Source of the DNA: Verrucomicrobiota bacterium
GTDB taxonomy: Bacteria; Verrucomicrobiota; Lentisphaeria; Lentisphaerales; Lentisphaeraceae
Reading direction: 5' to 3'
Length of the DNA stretch: 58,415 nt
Assembly: GCA_039798785.1 (NCBI GenBank)
Contig: JBDKFG010000062.1
Span: 1-58,415, forward strand
Shown here: positions 40,036-50,238 of the stretch, in pieces
Layout: every line of letters starts with the position of its first letter
Numbering within the stretch: position 1 is the stretch's first letter
Program-made: the position numbers and the translations under genes
The notes under the pieces: model-generated
Seen by the model: the letters and a program-made list of their open reading frames with translations, nothing else
Told to the model about the DNA's origin: nothing
The model's database searches: none

Positions 40036-43000
40036 TCAGTAGAGGGTCTTGCCCCAGACGCGGAGCGCCCGGAAGTTGAAGCAGTCCTTCGACTCGCTGT
40101 CGCGGCTGATGCGGACGTAGCGGGCGCGGACGGGTTTCTTGGCGAGGTCGATCTCCCAGCAGGCGAGGTCCTTGTCGGAGCGGAAGACCTCGGTCCAGGT
40201 CTTGCCGTCCTCGGAGACCGCGACCTTGAGGGGGAGGGCGCGGTAGCTCGAGTCCTCGAAGCGGTTGACGATGCTGATGCCGCTGAGCTGGCAGGGGCCG
40301 GGGAGGACGACTTCGGCCCAGGGGCGGACTTCGTTGCCGGTGTGGATGAAGCCGCCCTGGGGCTGGCTGAGGGCGGCGGGGAAGCTGAGGACGTGCTTCT
40401 GGTCGTAGTGCGAGCTGAGGCGGAGGAGGCCGTCGCCGGAGAGGAGGCGGCCGGGGTAGGAGGCGGTCTTGGGGTAGTTGTCCTTGACGCGCGGCGAGAC
40501 TTCGCGGAAGTCGGCCTGGCCGAGGATCGAGGGGGCGGCCTGGAAGAGGGCCTTCCAGGTCGAGAAGGACTCCTTGTTGCCGGCTTCGACGAGCATGCCG
40601 GAGAGGGCGGCGGGGGCGTTGCCGCCGGCCTCCTTGAGGGCGCGGCTGACCGCGGGCATAACGATCGGCGAGAGGCGCGGCGCGGGGAGGAAGCGGGCGG
40701 CGGCGGTGGCGAGGAGCGGGCTGAGGTCGTTGGGGTTGACGCGGTAGTGGTCGATCAGGGTGGCGAGGTGGCGGGCCTCGGCCTCTTCGTTGCCGAGGAA
40801 GGCGGCGGCGGCGTTGAGGTGGCCGTCGAAGTGGCCGCCGATCGGTGCCTGCTGCGAGCGCGGGTCGAGACCTTCGTGCAGGCGGGCGAGGAATTCATGG
40901 CGCTGCTGGGCGGGGATCGCCTTTTGCGCGGCGGCGAAGAATTCGCGTTCGGCGAAGAGGAGGGCCATGTGGGGGAAGTCGCGCAGCTGGCGGGAGTAGG
41001 CGCGGGCGAAGTCGAACCAGGCCTGCGGCTCGTCGGCGTCGGCGGCGAGCTCGTCGGCGCGGGCCTTCCAGGCGTGCAGGTCGAGCGGGGTGAGGCCGAG
41101 CTGCAGCTCGAGCGCCTGGCGGGCGAGGAGGCGGGCCGGGCCGGCGGCGGGGAGCTGGCGGACCTCGACGCGGAGCGAGCGGCCGCCGCCCATGTCGAAG
41201 TATTCCACCTTGAGGCGGTGCTTGCCGGCGGCGAGACGGCGGACCGCCTCGCGCCACTGGTCGCCGTGCGCGCCGTCGTTGTCGACAGCGAGTTCGCCGT
41301 CGAGGTAGATGCGCGAGCCGTCGTCGGAGCTGACGCCGAGGAAGACTTCGCCGGCCTCGGCGAGGGTGAATTCGCCTTCCCAGACGCCGCCGCGCCAGGC
41401 GCCGGGCTGATCCAGGGCGGCCTTGGCGAACTGATTGAGGGGGAGCTGCTTCTGGCTGGCCGGCTTGAGCGAGGCGAGGGCCTCGCAGCTCTTGCCGCGA
41501 TTGCCGTCCTCGGAGAAGAGGCTGGCCTGGCCGGTCGGCGAGAGGGCGACCGAGCCGGCGAGGAAGCGGCGCTGCCAGAGGTGGCGCTGGGCGCGCAGCA
41601 GGGCGGGACGGCGGGCGTTGCTGTAGGCCGCCTCGAGGAGGCGGACGGTCGATTCGTCGGCGCCGCCGAAGTGGGTGCCGGCGGAGGTCGGCCAGGTGAC
41701 CGAGTAGGGGGTCCACCAGGTGCCCGGCTCGGGACGCAGCATGTAGGCGCAGTGGCCCGGCTGGCCGACCGGGAAGGATGGGACGCCGTGGGCGCGGGCG
41801 TTGAAGGCGCCGTAGTGGCTGAGGGTGCCGCAGACGCCCCAGACCTTCTTCGTCGAGGGGGCGCCGCGGACGTAGTCGTTCTGCCAGCAGGAGTAGTAGA
41901 TGCCTTCCTGGCAGGAGTCGCCGAAGAGGTTGTCGCCGACCCAGGGGATCTCCCAGCAGGCGCCGTCGTAGGCCCCGGCGGGGCAGTGGCGGCTGAGGGC
42001 GAAGTCGAGCAGGGCGCGGCGGTCGCCGGTGTGGCGGTCGACGATGTCGGGCGAGGCGACGAACATCATCTCCCAGGATTCGAGCTTGTCGAAGCCGGCG
42101 TGCATCCGCCCCTCGGCGTGCATCTTGAGCTGCGTCTGGTAGCAGTCGACGAGCGACCACTGGGTGCGGCTGTCTTTCCAGTCGGCCCAGTCGTAGAGGG
42201 CGTAGGCGGTGGCCAGCTTGCGGTAGAGGGGCAGGGTGCAGCGCTTGTCGTAGCGGAAGAGGGTGGCGAGCTTGTGCAGCGCGGGCAGGCGCTCCTCGCG
42301 TTCGCCGAAGTGGGTGGCGGTGAGGAAGTCCTCGAGCCAGTCCGGGCTGCCGAGGAAGTGCTGCAGGAAGAGCGTCCCCTCGGGACGGGCGCGCAGCTCC
42401 TCGATCCCCTGCGGGCCGCAGAGACGGAGGATCTCGTGGCGCATCGCCGGCAGCGCGGCGAGGGCGCTCGCCGCCCCCTTCTCCAGCGCCGCCTTGTCCT
42501 TCAGCGACGCGCCCAGCTCCTGGCGGAGGCGGGCGACGAGCTGCTCGCTGCTCTCGCCGGCGAGGGCCTGGACGAAGGCGTCGTCGACCTGCGGCGGCGG
42601 CGCCTTGCGCCAGCCGTGCAGCGGGATGCCGCTGACCAGCCGCTTCACTTCGATGTTGGCGGCGTCACGGAGATTTTCGGCGATGTCAATCGCGGCCAGC
42701 TGCGGCGTCTCGCCGGGGCGGCTCGCCGGGCTGCCGGCGCCAGCTGCGCCTGCCGGCTGACCGCCGCGGCTGAAGTGCCAGGCGGCGGCGGCGCCGATCA
42801 GGGCGAGGGCGATGCCGCCGCCGATCAGCAGTCCGCCCTTCGATGAACGCTGCGGCGGCGCCGCGGCTCGGCGGGCGGCCGGACGGGGCGCGGCCGGCGC
42901 CGCAGGCTCCTCCCGAGCGGCGGCGGCAGCGGGAGCGGCGGCAGCGCTCTGGCGGGGCGGCTGGAGGATTTCCGGCGGGTTGCCGGGAATGAACTTGCAG

Positions 43001-43089
43001 TCGCAACGGCCGCAGAGGAGGCGGCGGGCGAGGCCGTCGGCGGGGACTTCGAGGACGGCGGCGCAACCGGGGCAGGAGATTTTTTGCAT
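40036..43089 (-). CDS. Membrane-anchored multidomain protein: Zn ribbon, TM, putative transglutaminase-like core, PA14, F5/8 type C (discoidin)
   Basis: CPGC..CGRC; TM; GVCGTLS...GQPGHCAY; SSDDGSRIYLDG...NDGAHG...EYFDMGGG; VSEDGKTW...ARYVRI. Confidence 0.7.
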   Translation of the reverse strand: MQKISCPGCAAVLEVPADGLARRLLCGRCDCKFIPGNPPEILQPPRQSAAAAPAAAAAREEPAAPAAPRPAARRAAAPPQRSSKGGLLIGGGIALALIGAAAAWHFSRGGQPAGAAGAGSPASRPGETPQLAAIDIAENLRDAANIEVKRLVSGIPLHGWRKAPPPQVDDAFVQALAGESSEQLVARLRQELGASLKDKAALEKGAASALAALPAMRHEILRLCGPQGIEELRARPEGTLFLQHFLGSPDWLEDFLTATHFGEREERLPALHKLATLFRYDKRCTLPLYRKLATAYALYDWADWKDSRTQWSLVDCYQTQLKMHAEGRMHAGFDKLESWEMMFVASPDIVDRHTGDRRALLDFALSRHCPAGAYDGACWEIPWVGDNLFGDSCQEGIYYSCWQNDYVRGAPSTKKVWGVCGTLSHYGAFNARAHGVPSFPVGQPGHCAYMLRPEPGTWWTPYSVTWPTSAGTHFGGADESTVRLLEAAYSNARRPALLRAQRHLWQRRFLAGSVALSPTGQASLFSEDGNRGKSCEALASLKPASQKQLPLNQFAKAALDQPGAWRGGVWEGEFTLAEAGEVFLGVSSDDGSRIYLDGELAVDNDGAHGDQWREAVRRLAAGKHRLKVEYFDMGGGRSLRVEVRQLPAAGPARLLARQALELQLGLTPLDLHAWKARADELAADADEPQAWFDFARAYSRQLRDFPHMALLFAEREFFAAAQKAIPAQQRHEFLARLHEGLDPRSQQAPIGGHFDGHLNAAAAFLGNEEAEARHLATLIDHYRVNPNDLSPLLATAAARFLPAPRLSPIVMPAVSRALKEAGGNAPAALSGMLVEAGNKESFSTWKALFQAAPSILGQADFREVSPRVKDNYPKTASYPGRLLSGDGLLRLSSHYDQKHVLSFPAALSQPQGGFIHTGNEVRPWAEVVLPGPCQLSGISIVNRFEDSSYRALPLKVAVSEDGKTWTEVFRSDKDLACWEIDLAKKPVRARYVRISRDSESKDCFNFRALRVWGKTLY

Positions 43090-43406
43090 CAGGCAGCTTT
43101 CCAGGCTTATTTTTGGGGCTTTTTCAGAGTATTTCTGTTTCATGGAATTTTGTAGGAGCTTGCCGGTCTTAATCGAGTCATATTGGTTTTTGGTGGAGTT
43201 CCTAATCTTTCTCTCTCAATGATTATGGTATGACTTTTAAAGGCTTTGAATCCTGGCTTTCATTGCGGAATCTGGGATTTTTGTTGTGAAATATCAGTAT
43301 TTAGAAGCTTCCTGTAAGATTCCATAAGTCTTTGATAAGATCCCGCAATTTCGTCGCGACTGCTTTGGCTCTAATTATGAAGCAAGCCAACCCAAGGAAG
43401 CGCATC

Positions 43407-44144
43407 ATGAAGAATCCGAGCCGCAATTCTTTCACCCTTCTCGAGCTCTTGCTGGTGGTTTGCATCCTGCTGATTCTGTTCAGCATGATGTATCCGAGTT
43501 TCCGCAAGATCCGGGAGAGTTCGAAGCGCACCGTCTGCCTGAGCAACCAGTGCCAGTTGGTCCGAGCCTGTCATGCCTATGCCAGCAGCAATCGCAGCTA
43601 TCTGCCTGGCAACAACGGCAGCTTTTACACTTCCTTCGACTTGACGGAGAGTACCTGGGCGGCTGTCTCCAAGGTTCCCAGCGGCATGGGTTTGCTGATC
43701 TCAGGGAATTACCTGCCGAGTGGCAAGTTCTTCCATTGTCCCAGCCTTGATACCAAGCGGGCCGGAATTTCCGGGCATTGCATGGATCTGACCCAGTCGA
43801 ACTTCTGGAACGGCGTCGGGGCCAGCCAGTTCAGCAATCCGGCCTACTCAACCAGCCGGAAGATCTCCGGCTATCACTACCGCCAGCCTTCCTTCGTCCA
43901 AAAGACAGGGATGCAACTTCGCGCCACCACGGCGGGCAACATCGTCATCAGCAGCGACATCGTCGATGGGCGTTTCAGCAGCGCCGTCTACGGTCATCGT
44001 GAGGGCTACAACCGGGTCATGCTGGACGGCAGCGGCCTTTTCTACAAGGATCCCTCGCAAGTCATCTTCGCCATGACGAACGGGCTGGCGGTGGACGGCA
44101 CGACCGCGACCGACGAGCCGATCTTCACCAAGATGGCGGAATGA
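43407..44144 (+). CDS. PVC-type prepilin-like N-terminal cleavage/methylation protein with H-X9-DG motif
   Basis: FTLLELLLVV...P...RESSKRTVCLSN; FHCPS; HREGYNRVMLDG. Confidence 0.85.
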   Translation: MKNPSRNSFTLLELLLVVCILLILFSMMYPSFRKIRESSKRTVCLSNQCQLVRACHAYASSNRSYLPGNNGSFYTSFDLTESTWAAVSKVPSGMGLLISGNYLPSGKFFHCPSLDTKRAGISGHCMDLTQSNFWNGVGASQFSNPAYSTSRKISGYHYRQPSFVQKTGMQLRATTAGNIVISSDIVDGRFSSAVYGHREGYNRVMLDGSGLFYKDPSQVIFAMTNGLAVDGTTATDEPIFTKMAE

Positions 44145-44163
44145 AGAAAACCAAGGGTTCACC

Positions 44164-44853
44164 ATGTTCACCGCCGCCAGTCTTCTCCTGATGATCTCCC
44201 TGAGCTGCCTTTGGCAGGCCCGCCGGGTCCGACGCAAGGCGCTTTTATGGAAGTTTTCCGCCCTGTTCTTCCTTGGTTCGATGATGACATTCGCCGGTGC
44301 TTTCCTGCTCCGCGACGACGAGGAGTCCTTGATATCCGCGGAAGAGGCGGCAGCCAAGTCGATGCCCTGGGGCCTGGGGCGGGAGGTCGCCCGCCGGCTC
44401 GAAGGGCGGCCCGGCGGGGTTCTCCTGATCGTCAGCGCTTATGACAAGCAGTCGGCCGACGGGCGCCTGGATGCATTCATCCGCGGTCTTGAAGCTTCGC
44501 GGAAGGTCGAGTTCTATGTTCTGGAGAACGGACGGCCCCTCGCCTGCGAGGAGTTTCTGGAGCTCAACCGGAGGCAGGTCGCTGCCGTCGTCAGTCTTTG
44601 CGGCTTGCCTCCTGCCGCGACCTGGGAGGATCAAGGATTCAAGGATGATCTGGCCGAGGTCCGCAAGCAGGATGCGCCCCTGCTGGTCCTGGCCGGTGCT
44701 GCGCCGGAGAGCGCACGGAATCTGGTCGACGAAGGATTGGCTGATCTGGCCCTGCTGGCCCGTCCTGATCTGGGCCAGGACTTCGGCGTCTCCGGAGCTG
44801 GCGACGACGAACGTTTTCAGCGGCGTTGGCAATGGATTGTCTCGAAGCGCTGA
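44164..44853 (+). CDS. Hypothetical membrane-anchored protein
   Basis: Two N-terminal hydrophobic segments; co-oriented ORF in the gap. Confidence 0.55.
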   Translation: MFTAASLLLMISLSCLWQARRVRRKALLWKFSALFFLGSMMTFAGAFLLRDDEESLISAEEAAAKSMPWGLGREVARRLEGRPGGVLLIVSAYDKQSADGRLDAFIRGLEASRKVEFYVLENGRPLACEEFLELNRRQVAAVVSLCGLPPAATWEDQGFKDDLAEVRKQDAPLLVLAGAAPESARNLVDEGLADLALLARPDLGQDFGVSGAGDDERFQRRWQWIVSKR

Positions 44854-44984
44854 AATCCCGCAAGTCAATTACGGGATTTCGCAAGTCCATTGCGGGAACT
44901 TCCCGGGCTTACTGCCGGTCTCTCGAGGACCGGCCTTGATTTGATTGAGATTTTCACGAACCAGAATCGACAGGAGAGATTGAC

Positions 44985-46439
44985 ATGATTCCACGCATCA
45001 TCAGCCTTGCAGCTGGCCTCGCCACAGCCAGTTTTTCGCTTTCCGTTCTTGCCAGCGAGGCAGATCTCGTGGCTGGGACCGAATCGGGCCGTCCGCTTTT
45101 ATGGGAAGGCAGGAAGGATCTCTGGATGGCCGAAGCCGGGACCATATCTTGCGATGTGAGAGGCAAGCCATTGCCACACAACGAATTCCTTGTCACCCGG
45201 AAAGACTTTGGCGACTTCCGGCTTGAAGCCGAGGTGAATCTCGAGGCGCAGAGCGGATTCGCCAACGGCGGGATTCAGTTCCGCAGCCAGCGCCTTCCCG
45301 GCAGCCCGGAAATGCGGGGCTATCAAGCCGATGCGGGCCCCGGCTACTGGGGCAACCTTTACGATGAATCCTATCGCAATCGCAACCTTGCGGAAGCCAA
45401 GCCCGAATTGCGCCTTGCGCATCAGAGGGCGGGCTGGAACAAGATCTCGATCGAGTGCATCGGCAAGAGGAGCCGGATCTGGCTCAATGACATTCTCACG
45501 GCGGACTTCACCGAGAGCGACCCTGCGGTGCCTCAGACGGGGCGGATCGGCCTGCAGATCCATGGCGGTGGCGGATTGAAGATCAGCTATCGGAACATCA
45601 AGCTTGAGCAGATCTCCGCCAGCGACCTGCCGAAAGATGTCTACCAGCATGGCTTCGCCATCGGCGTCCAGGCCTGGTGCTTCCATCGTTTCAGCGCCCA
45701 CGAGGCGATCGAAAGGACCGCCCAGACGGGAGCCCGCTGCATCGAACTCTTCAAAGGGCAGCAGCTCTCCCGCGACGACAAGGGGCAGGTCGGCCCGGAG
45801 ATGACTGAAACCCAGATCCAGGCCCTGCTCGCCCAGCTTGCCAAGCACAAGGTCAAGGCCGCCGGCATGTACTGCGACATCCCCAAGGACGAAGCCCAGG
45901 CGCGCAAGCTCTTCTCCGTCGCCAAGAAGCTCGGACTCTACAATCTCGTCACCGAATCGGTCGAATCGATCGATACGGCCGAGAAGATGGCCAGGGAGTT
46001 CGATCTTCATGTCGCCTTCCACAACCACGCCCGCAATGGCAATCCCGGCTACAAGAACTGGGATCCCCATTTCATTCTCTCCCTGGTCAAGGAGCGCGAT
46101 TCCCGCATCGGCGCCTGCGCCGACATCGGCCATTGGGCCTCCTCCGGCATCAAGCCTCTCGACGCCCTGAGCATCCTCAAGGGGCGGATCCTCAGCCTCC
46201 ACCTGAAGGACCGCGCGGTCATCGGCAGGCCCAGCGAGGACATCGCCGGCGGCACCGGCGTTCTCGACTTCGCCGCAGTCCTGCGCGAACTGAAGAGCCA
46301 GGGCTTCAAAGGCCAGATCTCGGTCGAATATGAAAACAACTGGGTCAACAACGTCCCGGATATCGCTCAGTACGTCGGTTTCGTCCGAGGTGCTGGCGCA
46401 AGCCTGAATGAGGGAGATATTCGCAAACAGGAGAAATGA
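44985..46439 (+). CDS. Exported DUF1080 (3-keto-glycoside hydrolase-like) / xylose-isomerase-like TIM-barrel fusion
   Basis: NGGIQFRS, GYQAD, WN, GRIGLQIHG..YRNI; then AFHNH, DIGHW, HLKD, SVEYE. Confidence 0.85.
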   Translation: MIPRIISLAAGLATASFSLSVLASEADLVAGTESGRPLLWEGRKDLWMAEAGTISCDVRGKPLPHNEFLVTRKDFGDFRLEAEVNLEAQSGFANGGIQFRSQRLPGSPEMRGYQADAGPGYWGNLYDESYRNRNLAEAKPELRLAHQRAGWNKISIECIGKRSRIWLNDILTADFTESDPAVPQTGRIGLQIHGGGGLKISYRNIKLEQISASDLPKDVYQHGFAIGVQAWCFHRFSAHEAIERTAQTGARCIELFKGQQLSRDDKGQVGPEMTETQIQALLAQLAKHKVKAAGMYCDIPKDEAQARKLFSVAKKLGLYNLVTESVESIDTAEKMAREFDLHVAFHNHARNGNPGYKNWDPHFILSLVKERDSRIGACADIGHWASSGIKPLDALSILKGRILSLHLKDRAVIGRPSEDIAGGTGVLDFAAVLRELKSQGFKGQISVEYENNWVNNVPDIAQYVGFVRGAGASLNEGDIRKQEK

Positions 46440-46443
46440 ACCG

Positions 46444-49251
46444 ATGAAAAAGCTTCTTCTCACTCTCGGCCTGCTCTGTCTCGAAGCCAGCGCCGACTAC
46501 GGCGAACAGCCCTTGCGCGGCAACCTTACCGACAAGCCCTTCGGCCAGACCGAGGGGGGGAGGGAGGATCACCGCTTCGCCTCCTCAGCGGTGAATCAAT
46601 ATCGCATCTACGATTTCTACGCCCGCCAGGCGCGCTGGCACCTCGAGCATCCCGAGGAAAAGTCGGATCTGCTCCTCCCCTTCACCGGCCTCGACGGCGG
46701 GCGCCGGGGTCACTGGGGCGTCACCAACGAGCCGGCGACCACCGCCAAGGTCAGGGACAAGGATCCGGTCTACGGCAGCCTCACCGAGCGCGGCTTTTCC
46801 CAGGTCCAGGCGCTGAAGAGCGGCAGCGCCGCCCATCCGGCCCTGATCCTTTTCGGTCTCGACGGCGGACTCCAGAAGGTCCTGCTCGACGCCCGCATCC
46901 ACGCCCCCGGCAACGGCATGCTCCGCCACAAGGTCGACATCTACGGCTTCGACATCCGCCACGAAGGCTACTTCTATCTGCAGAACTCGGGTCCCGAATG
47001 GCAGCTGGCGGAGGATGGCAAGTCGGCCGGCCGCCTCGAGGCCCGCTTCCTCCACGGCGAACAGGTGGTCTTCCGCCATCGCCTCGGCGAGTGCCGCATC
47101 CTCGATCTCCCCGGCCTCTCCTACGACGGCATCAGCCCCGTCCTGCACCGCCATTTCGAATGTCTCGACGCCGCCCCGACCCTGCTGCTGCGCCTGCCCC
47201 GCGGCGCCAAGCCCGGCAAGGACGCGCCGGCCGCCGCCCCCGGCCCCGCCGGCAGCCTGCTGATCTCGGTGCCCCAGGAGAAGGGATGGCTCTGCCACCT
47301 CGTCTGGAGCGAGACGCCCGCGGCGAAAATCGAGTTCCAGGCGCAGGAGCAGCAGCTGCTGCTCTCCGGCCTCGCCGCCTCCTCGCGAATCCGCCTCTGC
47401 ACCTGGGCTTCCGACGCGCCGCCCGCCGCCGAGCAGATCCAGCGTCTGCGCCACTCGCCCTCGCCGCAGCCCAGCTCACTGACCCGCGGCGGCCCGGCCC
47501 GCCTCAAGGAAAGCCTGGTCGTCAAGGGCCGCCTCAACGCCGACCCCGCCGCCGCCCGCGGCAGCTACCAGATCGACGACATCCCCGTCCCCGTCGACAA
47601 TCCCTGGGAGCTGCCCATGTGCCTCAGCGGCATCGCCTTCGACGCCAAGGGGAGGGGCTTCGTCTGCTCCCTCACCGGCGACGTCTGGCGCCTCGACGGC
47701 CTGGACGCGGATCTCGCCGCGGTCACTTGGACCCGCGTCGCCAGCGGCCTCAACCAGCCCGTCGGCCTGCTGGTCGACGGCGACTCGATCTGCATCTGCA
47801 CCCGCTTCTCGCTCCTTCGCCTGCGCGACCTCAACGGCGACGGCGAATTCGACCAGATCGACACTCTCAACCAGGTGCCTCTGCCCGCCGCCGCCGGAGG
47901 AGCCGCCCGCAACGGCCTCGGCCGCGACGCCGCCGGGAACTTCACCTTCGGCATCAACAGCGGCATCTACCGCCTCGCCGCCGACGGCCAGTCCGTCGCC
48001 CGCATCGGCCCCGGCTCGCGCAACCCCTTCGGCTTTGCCATGCGCGACGACGGACTCTGCCTCAGCGACGGCTCCGAGGGCGAGTCGGAGAACGGCTGCT
48101 GCACCATCTTCGAGTCCGAGCATCCGGAAAACCTGAAGAGCCCGGCCAAGAAGAAACGCATCCTCTACCTGCCGCGCGGCATCGACAACTCCTGCGGCAG
48201 CCGCGTCTTCGTCGACGACTCCCGCTTCGGACCCCTAGGCCACGGCATCGTCGCCACCAGCTTCGGCGCCGGCAGCAGCTACGTCATCTTCCGCGACCCC
48301 AACGAGGGCGCCCCCCAGGCCGCCTTGATGCCTCTGCCCGGCGATTTCGCCAGCGGAACCCAGCAGATCCGTCTCAATCCCGCCGACGGCCAGCTCTACA
48401 CCGTCGGCCTCGACGGCTGGGGCGACTATGCCGTCGCCGAAGGCTGCCTGCACCGCCTGCGCTGGAACGGCAAGCCGGCCCTCACGCCCGTCTCCTGGCA
48501 GGCGCACAAGAACGGCCTTCTCATCCGCTTCAACGAGCCCGTGAAGAAGCCCGATGCCGCCAAGCTCTTCGCTCAGCAGTGGAACAACATCGACTCGATC
48601 CATACCTACGGATCCGCCGACTATTCGGTCAAAGCGCCCGGCAGCATCGGCCACGACCGCCTCGCCGTCGCCGAGGTCAGCCTCGCCGAGGACGGCAAGG
48701 CCCTCTTCGTCGCCATCCCCGAACTGCTGCCGGCGATGGTCACCCAGATCCATGGCGACATCGAAGCCGAGAGCGGCCGCCGCCTCAGGCTTGATTTCTA
48801 CGCCACTCTGAACCGCCTCCGCCTTGATTTTGCGGGAGCCGCAGCCAGCCGCCCGGGCAAGCCCGACACCCTGGTGGTGCCGACCCAGGACGGCAACGGC
48901 AACACCTACCAGAACGTCACCGAATTCTTCGACAAGGCCGCCGGACGCAATCTCGTCGCCCGTCCCGTCGCCCCTGCGGTGGCGTGGAAGAAGGAGGAGC
49001 TGAACTACCAATGGATCAAGGTGAATCTCATCGACAAGCAATGCATCTTCTGCCACGCGAAGGGCATGCAGCACGATCTCAGCACCTATGCCGGTCTCAA
49101 GGCGAAACTCGACCTTGCCGCCCCCCGCAAGAGCCATCTCTACGGCATGGTCGCCACCAAGAGCATGCCGCCCTACCCGATGCCGACCGTCGCTCCGGAA
49201 GTGCAGCAGGCCTTGCTCGAATGGATCGCCAAGGGAGCGCCGGAGAAATGA
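46444..49251 (+). CDS. Large exported PVC-type protein (DUF6797-like, beta-propeller) with C-terminal c-type heme
   Basis: YDFYARQA, GLDGG..GHWG, GDVW, LRDLNGDG, NPADGQLY, CIFCH...MPP. Confidence 0.7.
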   Translation: MKKLLLTLGLLCLEASADYGEQPLRGNLTDKPFGQTEGGREDHRFASSAVNQYRIYDFYARQARWHLEHPEEKSDLLLPFTGLDGGRRGHWGVTNEPATTAKVRDKDPVYGSLTERGFSQVQALKSGSAAHPALILFGLDGGLQKVLLDARIHAPGNGMLRHKVDIYGFDIRHEGYFYLQNSGPEWQLAEDGKSAGRLEARFLHGEQVVFRHRLGECRILDLPGLSYDGISPVLHRHFECLDAAPTLLLRLPRGAKPGKDAPAAAPGPAGSLLISVPQEKGWLCHLVWSETPAAKIEFQAQEQQLLLSGLAASSRIRLCTWASDAPPAAEQIQRLRHSPSPQPSSLTRGGPARLKESLVVKGRLNADPAAARGSYQIDDIPVPVDNPWELPMCLSGIAFDAKGRGFVCSLTGDVWRLDGLDADLAAVTWTRVASGLNQPVGLLVDGDSICICTRFSLLRLRDLNGDGEFDQIDTLNQVPLPAAAGGAARNGLGRDAAGNFTFGINSGIYRLAADGQSVARIGPGSRNPFGFAMRDDGLCLSDGSEGESENGCCTIFESEHPENLKSPAKKKRILYLPRGIDNSCGSRVFVDDSRFGPLGHGIVATSFGAGSSYVIFRDPNEGAPQAALMPLPGDFASGTQQIRLNPADGQLYTVGLDGWGDYAVAEGCLHRLRWNGKPALTPVSWQAHKNGLLIRFNEPVKKPDAAKLFAQQWNNIDSIHTYGSADYSVKAPGSIGHDRLAVAEVSLAEDGKALFVAIPELLPAMVTQIHGDIEAESGRRLRLDFYATLNRLRLDFAGAAASRPGKPDTLVVPTQDGNGNTYQNVTEFFDKAAGRNLVARPVAPAVAWKKEELNYQWIKVNLIDKQCIFCHAKGMQHDLSTYAGLKAKLDLAAPRKSHLYGMVATKSMPPYPMPTVAPEVQQALLEWIAKGAPEK

Positions 49252-49412
49252 CGTGCCGGCGGCCGAGTTGGTCCCGGGGGCTGATGCGTTCAGTAGGAGA
49301 CATGTGCTTGGAAGGCTGACGTCGATTGCGGTTATGCAGTTTAGCTGGATCTGGTAATCTTGAAAATACGAGACATTGTCATCCCTTCGAAGCAAATAGG
49401 GGGAAGCAGATT

Positions 49413-50114
49413 ATGGGTGATAACCGTTACACTCTTTCGGAATTCGTCCGCAGTAGTTCTCAAAAAGAGCTTGGCCATGGGCTTTTCGAGCTTGAGAGCA
49501 GTTGGATGCTCGAGGTCAATCTCGATGGCAAAGTCTGGACCAAATTGGGATCGATGACCGCTTACCGGGGAGACATCCGTTTTACCCGAGAGGGCATGCT
49601 TGATCAAGGACTGGGCAATCTTTTCAAGAAGGCGATCAGCGGGGAAGGATTGACCTTGACCAAAGCCGAGGGCCGGGGCAAGCTTTATCTAGCCGATGGA
49701 GCCAAACGGGTGACCGTGCTCCGTCTCGAGGGAGAAAAGTTGGTTGTCAACGGGAATGACGTGCTGGCTTTTGAGCCAACCCTCAATCACGAAATCACGA
49801 TGATGCGTCGGATCTCGGCGATGCTTGCCGGCGGGCTATTCAATGTTGCCTTCTCCGGTCACGGACTGCTGGCGATCACCACTCAAGGTGAGCCTTTGAC
49901 CCTCAAGGTGACTCCTGGCAGCCCAGTCTTCACCGATCCGAATGCCACTGTCGCCTGGTCCGGTTCCTTGCAGCCGGAATTCAGAACCGATATTTCCCTG
50001 AAGACTCTCTTCGGACGGGGCAGTGGCGAGTCTCTTCAAATGGTCTTCAAGGGGGAGGGTTTCGTTGTTATTCAGCCCTACGAGGAAGTCTACATGCAGC
50101 AGGCGCCGAGTTGA
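49413..50114 (+). CDS. AIM24 family protein
   Basis: GSMTAY.G, G.GKLYLAD, VNGNDVLAFE, TDPNATVAWS, GSGES.QM.F.GEGFVVIQP. Confidence 0.88.
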   Translation: MGDNRYTLSEFVRSSSQKELGHGLFELESSWMLEVNLDGKVWTKLGSMTAYRGDIRFTREGMLDQGLGNLFKKAISGEGLTLTKAEGRGKLYLADGAKRVTVLRLEGEKLVVNGNDVLAFEPTLNHEITMMRRISAMLAGGLFNVAFSGHGLLAITTQGEPLTLKVTPGSPVFTDPNATVAWSGSLQPEFRTDISLKTLFGRGSGESLQMVFKGEGFVVIQPYEEVYMQQAPS

Positions 50115-50238
50115 CGCCAAATTGTAGAGAAACGGCCTCTTGCCACATCTGGGCGGCCTGCGGGTGTTGATTGCGTGAAATTCCGGCTAGATTGGCGGCA
50201 TGTTCATCGCCGAGCCGGAAACCCCCAGGTCCCAGTCC

